A stretch of 64,000 nt of DNA from Ginglymostoma cirratum. Lineage: Eukaryota. Below are positions 60,501-64,000 of the stretch, one piece after another (the stretch's first letter is position 1; each line of letters opens with the position of its first letter). The DNA lies in contig JAHRHZ010000048.1 in assembly GCA_024137785.1 (NCBI GenBank), positions 959,221 to 1,023,220 on the forward strand. Reading direction: 5' to 3'. The notes under the pieces are model-generated. The model was not told where the DNA came from. It saw only the letters and a list, made by a program, of their open reading frames with translations, and did not search any database. Both the position numbers and the translations under genes were made by a program.

Positions 60501-62921
60501 AAACTCTCTGGAAATAAATAATTAAGCAAAAGGACGAACAAAAGAAAGAACACAGACACCATAGGATGGGCAAAAGAGGTGATTCAAGGGATTATATAGA
60601 TGTTACAAAGAAAGTAAAAAAAAAAAAACAATCAGGCAGGCAATAAAGAGAAACTATGAAGTTAAATTCTCAAAAGAATATAAAAAGAAACAGTGAAGTA
60701 TTCACAGACAGATAAATAACAAAAGAAGATCAGGGTAGCTATTAGTCCACTAAGAGATAATCTCAAAGAGAATGACAATGTAAAGGTTATTAAATAGTTA
60801 TTTTGCCTCAATACTTGCCAGGAGACTAACAAGTAGGCATTGCATTAGAAGAAAAGATAACAAGAGATATTAAGGAATTTGAGATAGAAAGGGGGAAGAT
60901 AATTGAAAAAGTAATTAAATTTAAAAAACACAGTGAAACAAATAACTGAAGAAACAGCAAGAGAATCTTTTATATTGTTAGAAAAGGAAATAGCGCCAGA
61001 CGACAGCCCATGTGATTCTTAAGATGGGAAACAGAATGAGCCCAGGGAGCTGTAGATCATTTAGACTGATGTTGGAAATAGGAAAGACATTGTAATCCTT
61101 ATTCAAAGATGCAATAGGGAATCTAAAACTATAAGACATAGTCAGCACAAGTTCCAAAAGATGGTGGCTCAGTGGTCAGCACTGCTGCCTCACAGTGCCA
61201 GTGACCTGGGTTCGATTCCACCCCCGGGCGACTGTCTGTGTGGAGTTTGCACATTCTGTGTGGCTTTCCTCCAGGTGCTCCGGTTTCCTCCCACAGTCCA
61301 AAGATGTGCAGGCTAGGTGGATTGGTCATGCTAAATTGCCCCGTAGTGTTCAGGGATGTGTAGATTAGGTGGGTTATAGGGGGATGGGTCTGGGTGGGAT
61401 GCTCTGTGGGTGGGTGTGGACTTGTTGGGCAGAAGGGCCTGTTTCCACACTGTAGGGATTCTATGATCTAAAGAAAAGGTCATGTATGACTAACATTCCT
61501 GAATTATTTGAAGAAATATCAGACAGTAGACAACATTAATGCAATACTTGTGTTATAAATAGTTGCTTGGTGGTACAGAACTAGAGTATTACTATAAAAG
61601 ACCTGTTTTGTTAAACGTTTTTCATCTTGTATTCATTGGGATAATTTACAAGAACAGCAAAGTAAAGGAAAATATACATACCATTCTGAAAAAAAAGTGC
61701 TGAATGATTGGAAAGTGAACTTTGGCTGAGGTGTTTTGTTCTGGAGAATGCACCAGTTAATAATGGCTGACAACTGACTTCCAAGCTGTGTATAAATTTT
61801 AAATCAGGCAGGTTGACTCTAATTGGTCAAGGTGTTGCCACGAGGAATTAACCAGAGAATATCTCCATTATGTGGACAGAAAGAGCATATACACATACTA
61901 TGTGCTTAATCTCAACACAATATTTCAAAATTTGTATTTGACACCAAATAGGTTCGGGTGATGGGAATAAAGGAAGACAGTAACAAAATAGACAAATACA
62001 CTAATAAATCTGCAAAGTTAACAAATTAAGTTCAATATACTGAAGTGCAATTTGATGTATTTTGGCAGGACAAATAAGGAGCTCACGTACTAATTTGAAA
62101 ATGAGAGTAGGTGAGATACAGGACCAAAGGGATCCATGAGCACAGGTGTACAACAGTAACTATACAAATTAATAAGGTCACAACAAACAAGCAAAGCCCG
62201 GACCTTTATTCTACAGAAATAGAATGAAAGAAGTTAGAGAAGTTATTTAAAGTTTTGGCAAAGATCTGTAACTCGGGTTGTGCATAAGATTCTGGACTTG
62301 CTCGCTGAGCTGGCTTGTTTTTGTTCAGATGTTTCGTCACCATGCTAGGTGTCATCAGTGGAGCCTCCGATGAAGCGATGTTATTTTACTCCACTTGGAA
62401 TTTATACTGTCCGGTCAGTTATGGTGAGTGGCGTCATTTCAGGTTTTGATCTGCGTGGGTCTGTGCATGGGGTCCAATTCTATATGTTTGTTGATTGAAG
62501 TATGGGTGGAGAACCGACACGACGAACACTCCTTAATGTTGGTACATTCAGACAACAAAGGCCATTGATTTAACTGGGACAAAGTAACCATAATAGCCCA
62601 AGCCAAACATAGACATGCATGGGAATTCCTAAAGGCATTGTTCTCCACCCATACTTCAAACCAGCTGTATGTTTTGTGGAGTGGGGAGGTGATTCTCCTG
62701 AAGGCCTAGTACACAGGGAGAACATGTGATTGTTCACGTACCTGCCTTCATTGCTGCATACAACGGCTGACCTGTGATGACCGGATGATCCTGTGTCTTC
62801 ACTCCACAACTGTCGGTCTCTGCCTTGTACACGAGTACCAAAAGCCTCACCACATCCAGATGTCCTTTTTCACAGGCTACAGCAAGCATCCAGTTCAGCA
62901 GATCCTTGTCAACACACAAAT
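267..62921 (-). CDS. LRRK1: Leucine-rich repeat serine/threonine kinase 1 (partial gene span; 20 internal coding exons: ANK end, LRR, ROC, COR)
   Basis: The spliced translation tracks vertebrate LRRK1 as I recall it, e.g. [92 protein letters not shown]. All 19 introns are GT-AG and exon phases are mutually compatible. Confidence 0.97.
1513..1545 (-). ncRNA. Minimal hammerhead motif (GAAAC-ATC variant)
   Basis: Minus strand reads ttCTGATGAaGGGtctaggCCCGAAAcATCag. Confidence 0.55.
1578..1977. other. Assembly gap (400 N)
   Basis: Run of N. Confidence 1.
1979..2012 (+). ncRNA. Minimal type-I hammerhead ribozyme motif
   Basis: CTGATGA(1982-88) a GGG tctagg CCC GAAA(2002-05) C GTC/ag: core intact, minimal stem III. 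Confidence 0.7.
3085..4080 (-). mobile_element. Decayed CR1 LINE RT 3' fragments
   Basis: Antisense CR1-type RT sequence (agaccagaactgcatacagtat, tattaagtgtattagtcctgccctg, acaccccaattttggtgtcat). Confidence 0.7.
4085..4325 (-). repeat. Deu-domain (AmnSINE1/SacSINE1-like) SINE relic
   Basis: aacatctcatctgaatgatgtcacttctgacaaagccgcactcccttcag...ctcagaggcaaaagtgctgccaaatgagcc; similar sequence at ~14790-15110. Confidence 0.5.
4347..4486 (-). CDS. LRRK1: LRRK1 exon ([46 protein letters not shown])
   Basis: ORF 4270..4518; cctgtag|T ... CCAG|gtaagg; 140 bp; the preceding intron is 85 bp. Confidence 0.96.
4572..4741 (-). CDS. LRRK1: LRRK1 exon (COR-B loop, [47 protein letters not shown]...GGFL)
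   Basis: ORF 4568..4807; ttaaacag|CTC ... CTGAG|gtaact; 170 bp. Confidence 0.96.
7224..7395 (-). CDS. LRRK1: LRRK1 exon ([12 protein letters not shown]...[24 protein letters not shown])
   Basis: ORF 7218..7460; ctcaccag|T ... CAG|gtatga; 172 bp. Confidence 0.96.
8161..8345 (-). repeat. tRNA-derived HE1/V-SINE-like SINE
   Basis: Minus strand begins ggcagcacagtggctcagtggttagcactgctgcc (A box) and ggttcaattcc (B box); homologous to 35583-35766 and 61162-61468. Confidence 0.8.
8350..12289 (-). mobile_element. Decayed Gypsy/Ty3 LTR retrotransposon (5' LTR, gag, PR, RT, RNase H, IN; 3' truncated)
   Basis: LTR-like ~12067-12289 starting TGTAGT and followed by a TGG PBS-like site; gag-like FDPAIEDW; protease [12 protein letters not shown] (~11060); [17 protein letters not shown] (9978..10451); RNase [11 protein letters not shown]; integrase HQGHPGVSK and [11 protein letters not shown]. 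Order RT-RH-IN; many frameshifts. Confidence 0.9.
8988..9226 (-). mobile_element. CR1 3' end fragment inserted in the Gypsy integrase
   Basis: (TATTGTC)n-like tail at the left end, RT C-terminal sequence; 5-bp direct repeat aactt at 8983-8987 and 9227-9231. Confidence 0.75.
12290..13140 (-). mobile_element. L2-type LINE RT fragment
   Basis: ORF remnants [12 protein letters not shown] and LSWFHCYLS typical of L2-clade RT. Confidence 0.65.
13466..13742 (-). CDS. LRRK1: LRRK1 exon ([25 protein letters not shown]...EIALPITNN)
   Basis: ORF 13462..13764; ctcggcag|CT ... AACAG|gtaatt; 277 bp. Confidence 0.96.
14591..14750 (-). CDS. LRRK1: LRRK1 exon ([23 protein letters not shown]...[15 protein letters not shown])
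   Basis: Hand translation; cattacag|ATA ... ACCG|gtaatt; 160 bp. Confidence 0.94.
17199..17319 (-). CDS. LRRK1: LRRK1 exon ([40 protein letters not shown])
   Basis: Hand translation; ccttacag|TGAG ... TTG|gtaagt; 121 bp. Confidence 0.93.
17311..17590. repeat. Degenerate ~33-36 bp minisatellite containing copies of the exon 17199-17319 splice acceptor
   Basis: gatatctcactgtaag (17311), gatatctcattgtaa (17466), gatatttcaacataa (17499), gatatttcactgtaa (17533), gatatctcactgtgag (17569), separated by purine-rich spacers. Confidence 0.75.
18071..18636 (-). mobile_element. Young 5'-truncated CR1 LINE (RT C-terminus, 3' UTR, (TTCTTTG)n tail)
   Basis: ORF 18157..18636 [16 protein letters not shown]...[13 protein letters not shown] is uninterrupted. 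Confidence 0.92.
18638..19558 (+). mobile_element. Possible solo LTR
   Basis: TGT...ACA termini and AATAAA at ~19436; no coding potential; TSD not established. Confidence 0.35.
19600..21330 (+). mobile_element. Old decayed CR1 LINE (ORF1 end, endonuclease, RT start)
   Basis: Remnants [22 protein letters not shown] and NYRP...[12 protein letters not shown]. Confidence 0.8.
21376..21548 (-). CDS. LRRK1: LRRK1 exon ([19 protein letters not shown]...YPDISCRNL)
   Basis: ORF 21372..21575; gtttaag|GCA ... TTACA|gtgagt; 173 bp; G4 motif THLD. Confidence 0.95.
21838..21925 (+). ncRNA. Short repeat unit with a degenerate hammerhead motif
   Basis: CTGAAGA a GGGT aat ACCC GAAA tgtt; followed by a gctgcctggcctgctgtgttc tail like the other ~95-nt units. 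Confidence 0.5.
22440..25620. mobile_element. Decayed PIF/Harbinger DNA transposon relics (transposase on +, probable Myb/SANT partner on -)
   Basis: ORF 22474..22686 [30 protein letters not shown] resembles HARBI1-type YPGSxHDxFIL...GW; FINRKGFHSxNVQ-like remnants at ~22520 and ~23390. Confidence 0.55.
25690..27190 (+). mobile_element. Decayed CR1/L2-clade LINE RT and 3' UTR
   Basis: [15 protein letters not shown]...[11 protein letters not shown]; gttcctgagggtagtatcctagaccc (QGS-like motif); 3' tail shared with 53030-53580 and 63700-64000. Confidence 0.75.
27375..27539 (-). CDS. LRRK1: LRRK1 exon ([16 protein letters not shown]...WLLNIE)
   Basis: ORF 27198..27695; tttcacag|GTG ... GAG|gtagga; 165 bp; G3 motif WDxGG. 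Confidence 0.96.
28476..28570 (+). ncRNA. ~95-nt PLE-derived unit with a minimal hammerhead motif
   Basis: CTGAAGA(28478-84) a GGG tctagg CCC GAAA C GTC/ag; nearly identical to 1979-2071. Confidence 0.7.
29579..29793 (-). CDS. LRRK1: LRRK1 exon (ROC start with P-loop GPPRQGKST)
   Basis: ORF 29570..29905; cttacag|GC ... AAG|gtacca; 215 bp. Confidence 0.96.
30603..30715 (-). CDS. LRRK1: LRRK1 exon ([37 protein letters not shown])
   Basis: Hand translation; tttcgtcag|C ... GAAG|gtaaat; 113 bp. Confidence 0.93.
31137..31266 (-). CDS. LRRK1: LRRK1 exon ([43 protein letters not shown])
   Basis: ORF 31133..31408; ttattttcag|TT ... TCAAA|gtaagt; 130 bp; an in-frame alternative AG lies 9 nt downstream. 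Confidence 0.9.
34900..34967 (-). CDS. LRRK1: LRRK1 small exon ([22 protein letters not shown])
   Basis: ctgtgtgcag|G ... ACAG|gtgaaa; 68 bp; restores phase between its neighbours; resembles human NEDGLKTKRIAFFTT. Confidence 0.85.
35583..35766 (+). repeat. HE1/V-SINE-like SINE (5'-truncated)
   Basis: ggtgctccggtttccttccacagtccaaagatgtgcaggctaggtggattggccatgctaaattgccc...tgtagggattctatg. Confidence 0.8.
36883..36995 (-). CDS. LRRK1: LRRK1 exon ([41 protein letters not shown])
   Basis: Hand translation; gtgacag|AAC ... GGAAA|gtaagt; 113 bp. Confidence 0.9.
38303..38440 (-). CDS. LRRK1: LRRK1 exon ([49 protein letters not shown])
   Basis: Hand translation; atttctag|AAA ... AAG|gtattt; 138 bp, phase 0-0. 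Confidence 0.9.
40471..43557 (+). mobile_element. Young 5'-truncated CR1 LINE (ORF1 esterase C-terminus, ORF2, 3' UTR, (ATGTTCT)n tail)
   Basis: The 5' end encodes [15 protein letters not shown] (SGNH block V); ORF2 of 965 aa; tail taatgttctatgttcta. Confidence 0.95.
40573..43470 (+). CDS. CR1 ORF2: APE-like endonuclease and reverse transcriptase (open frame, likely catalytically impaired)
   Basis: YFNARSI, SETW, GGGVAL, YRPP, SDHN; [25 protein letters not shown]. The annotated start codon is TTG; the true start may be the ATG at 40657. Confidence 0.9.
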   Translation: MGGLKLVQLGDGNLTCSSSVKEVESSEVMNKVSRSQECTGRQKAGLKCVYFNARSIRNKVGDLAAWAGTWDFDVVAISETWIKQGQEWLLQVPGFRCFSKIREDGKRGGGVALLVKDSITVVERMFDEDSSTEVVWAEVRNRKGEVTLLGVFYRPPKSSRDVEERIAKMILDRSERNRVVVMGDFTFPNIDWKRYSSSTLDGSVFVQCVQEGFLTQYVDRPTRGDATLDLVLGNEPGQVLHLEVGEHFGDSDHNSVTFTLAMERDRYIPQGKSHSWAKGNYEAIRQDLGCIGWGRKLQGLGTIGMWSSFREQLLRVLDKYVPVRQGGNGRVREPWFTKEVESLVKRKKEAYVKMKYEGSVRALESYKLARKELKRELRRARRGHDKSLAGRIKENSKAFERYVRKKTMTRVRLGPVKDSSGKLCVESEEIGEALSEYFSSVFTHEKDNVVEENTEIQAIRLDGIDVHEEEVLAILESLRKSPGLDGIYPRILWEAREEIAEPLALILLSSLSTGIVPEDWRIANVVALFKKGSRDNPGNYRPVSLTSVVGKVLERIIRDRICNHRERNNLIRDSQHGFVKGRLCLTNLIEFFEKVTKQVDEGKAVDVVYMNFSKAFDKVPHGRLLQKIQRHGIKGDLAVWIRNWLGVRRHRVVVDGKCSSWSSVTSGVLQGSVLGPLLFVIFINDLDEGIEGWVSKFADDTKVGGLLDSAEGCCRLQRDIDKMQSWAERWQMEFNAEKCEVIHFGRSNRNTEYWANGKILGSVEEQRDLGVHVHRSLKVATQVDRVVKKAYGVLGFIGRGIEFRSREVMLQLYETLVRPHLEYCVQFWSPHYQKDMEALERVQRRFTRMLPGMEGRSYEERLRDLRLFSLERRRLRGDLIETYKMIRGLDRVDSESLFPQMVTASTTGHSFKFRGDRYRTDVRGRFFTQRVVRAWNALPAAVVNSPTLRAFTWSLDKHMDDNGIV
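45320..45483 (-). CDS. LRRK1: LRRK1 exon ([23 protein letters not shown]...PWACPL)
   Basis: ORF 45275..45502; cctccag|CA ... TTG|gtaagc; 164 bp; the preceding intron is only 89 bp. Confidence 0.94.
45573..45700 (-). CDS. LRRK1: LRRK1 exon ([30 protein letters not shown]...DEEK)
   Basis: ORF 45514..45783; ttctgcag|T ... AAAG|gtatag; 128 bp. Confidence 0.93.
45790..48600 (-). mobile_element. Old decayed CR1 LINE pieces
   Basis: Remnants VGVVYRP..., [12 protein letters not shown]...; RT 3' region at 45790-46450. Confidence 0.75.
46850..47606 (+). mobile_element. Putative solo LTR inserted in an old CR1
   Basis: TG...CA termini, AATAAA at ~47516; the CR1 sequence resumes on both sides. Confidence 0.45.
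48914..49140 (-). CDS. LRRK1: LRRK1 exon (LRR start, [22 protein letters not shown]...EEILCL)
   Basis: ORF 48910..49155; acceptor actacag|GG, donor TTAGG|gtaggt; 227 bp. Confidence 0.93.
49618..49713 (-). ncRNA. Solo ~96-nt PLE-derived unit with a minimal hammerhead motif, flanked by a TSD
   Basis: Minus strand reads ttCTGAAGAaGAGtctaggCCCGAAACGTCag; direct repeat agggaagtggcct (49605-17) / agggaagtagtct (49714-26). Confidence 0.65.
50036..52134. mobile_element. Penelope-like element, inverted bipartite insertion (RT and GIY-YIG on -, N-terminal ORF plus 3' end on +)
   Basis: [40 protein letters not shown] (GIY-YIG); 51866-52130 is the reverse complement of 50070-50348; direct repeat ttcattgt at 50028-35 and 52135-42. 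Confidence 0.92.
52053..52096 (+). ncRNA. Type-I hammerhead ribozyme motif in the PLE pLTR
   Basis: ctgca CTGAGGA t GTTACC aagcac GGTAAC GAAA C ATC/ tgcgg: 5-bp stem I, perfect 6-bp stem II. Confidence 0.75.
52260..52985 (-). mobile_element. Rex1/Babar-type LINE 3' fragment
   Basis: [39 protein letters not shown]...[15 protein letters not shown]; tail gtgacaataaaaattcaaatcaaa. Confidence 0.8.
53920..56570 (+). mobile_element. Decayed CR1 LINE fragments
   Basis: [16 protein letters not shown]; [16 protein letters not shown]...[13 protein letters not shown]. Confidence 0.8.
57781..57825 (-). ncRNA. Type-I hammerhead ribozyme motif, intact core, LRRK1 sense strand
   Basis: Minus strand reads tgca CTGATGA t GTCGCC tagcat GGTGAC GAAA C GTC/ tgaa. 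Confidence 0.78.
59301..59343 (+). ncRNA. Hammerhead motif (CpG-decayed stem III)
   Basis: ctgca CTGATGA t ATCACC tagcat GGTGAC GAAA T GTC/ tgaa. Confidence 0.65.
60167..60315 (-). CDS. LRRK1: LRRK1 exon ([36 protein letters not shown]...QT)
   Basis: Acceptor ctgttgcag|GC, donor ACA|gtgagt; 149 bp; translated by hand; not shown in this frame in the ORF track. Confidence 0.9.
61162..61468 (+). repeat. Near full-length HE1/V-SINE-like SINE
   Basis: tggtggctcagtggtcagcactgctgcc (A box), ggttcgattcc (B box), V-like core, tail gggattctatgatcta; inserted in an old CR1. Confidence 0.82.
62247..62659. mobile_element. Short Penelope-like insertion with an internal 5' inversion and a degenerate hammerhead (62325-62364, -)
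   Basis: Its terminus ttaaagttttggcaaagatctgta matches 57704; 62516-62659 is a + strand GIY-YIG C-terminal segment; 19-bp inverted overlap at 62495-62513 / 62641-62659. Confidence 0.8.
62742..62921 (-). CDS. LRRK1: LRRK1 exon (ankyrin region, [29 protein letters not shown]...LYAAMKAG)
   Basis: Acceptor tttttatag|AT, donor GCAG|gtacgt; 180 bp, phase 1-1; ankyrin motif [13 protein letters not shown]. Confidence 0.9.
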
Positions 62922-63699
62922 CTATAAAAAATATATTTTGTAGTTATGGAATTATCAACTTTACACAGACTCCAGAATGTTCACTTTCCATTTTAATTCT
63001 AGAATCACTGAAAATGCAGGGCACAATGAGGCCATTCAGCCTAGACTTTCCCAGTGGTAGTTCTTCAATTGAAGCTGTCTACTCAAATTCAGTTCTTGTC
63101 TTTTCTACAAGCTGTTTTACAAACACTTACCTAATTTCTTTTTATTTGACATTTGTTACCCAGAGAGTCACCAGAGAGGGGAGAAAGTAAAATCTACCGT
63201 GTGACTTTACCATCATCATGGTGATGGGCTAGGAGATGGGAGGGCTTGAAAAATGGCAGGTGTTTGGAGGGGAACTCATGTGTATTCTCGCAGCCTTAGC
63301 ATATTACCAGCAGAAGGAATGTTAGAGTTCAGATGCCCAGAGTGGGCAGCCAAATGAACAACTTCAATGCTAATTATGTGCCATGTCCTATGTCTGTGGT
63401 CACTTTGCCCATGTCAGAAGGATCCACGTCCATGGCTGCCTTTGCATGGCACCTCTTCCCTCATCCCAATCACCAAGGCCTGGCTTCCACTAACATTGCT
63501 CATCTTTCCTCAAGGCCACCTCACCACTGAGATCTCTCTGGAGCTGCAGCTTCAACTCCAACATTGGCCACTGCAAGCAGTTGAACTGATAAAGAAATTT
63601 TGATCGAAGAGAAGTCTTGGACTTGAAATGCTAACTCTACTTCTCTCTCCACAGATGCCAGACCTGGCAAGTTTGTTCAGCATTTCTATTTTTTTCTAA

Positions 63700-64000
63700 T
63701 TCCCTGTGAAACGTGGGCATAGCAGGCTGGCCAGCACTGACTGCCCATCCCTTGCTGCCCCTGAGAAGGAGCTGGTGAGCTGCTTTCTTGAACTGTTGTA
63801 GACTGCTTGTTGTTGGTTGACCCACAATACCTTGAGGAAAGGAATTCCAGGATTTTGACCCAGCGACAGTGAAGGAATGGCGATGTACTTCCAAGTCAGG
63901 ATGGTGAGTGGCTTGGAGGAAAACTTACAGGCGGTGGCATTTCTATGTATCTGCCTTTCCTTCTAAATGGAAGCTTGTTGTGGGTTTGGAAGGTTCTGTC
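63700..64000 (-). mobile_element. LINE 3' UTR fragment (same family as the 25690-27190 tail)
   Basis: Shares ttcaagaaagcagctcaccag...gggcagcaagggatgggcag with 53095-53295. Confidence 0.6.

Noticed and set aside
1-64000. Prokaryotic systems (CRISPR arrays, operons, defence systems)
   Set aside because: The window is a spliced vertebrate gene with TE-rich introns; there are no regularly spaced identical repeats or operon-like ORFs.

Overview
Eukaryotic (vertebrate) genomic DNA. The repeat content (HE1/V-SINE-like and Deu-like SINEs, abundant CR1, Penelope-like elements) suggests a shark or other elasmobranch; this is an inference. The whole window lies inside one minus-strand gene, LRRK1. I reconstructed 20 consecutive GT-AG coding exons by hand (62921 down to 267, about 3.25 kb of CDS, about 1,080 codons, all phases compatible). 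They cover the last ankyrin repeats, the LRR, ROC GTPase, COR-A and COR-B; the gene's 5' end and the kinase/WD40 exons lie outside the window. The introns hold a young 5'-truncated CR1 LINE with an open 965-aa ORF2, a decayed Gypsy LTR element, L2, Rex1/Babar and Harbinger relics, SINEs and putative solo LTRs. The most interesting signal is about ten minimal type-I hammerhead ribozyme motifs (CTGANGA-stem II-GAAAC-GTC) carried by Penelope-like elements (PLEs) and by ~95-nt solo units, several of them on the LRRK1 sense strand. All four larger PLE-type insertions have inverted (5'-to-5') architecture. There is also a minisatellite built from copies of an LRRK1 splice acceptor. One assembly gap of 400 N lies at 1578-1977. 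All family calls come from recognising motifs by eye; no database search was run.
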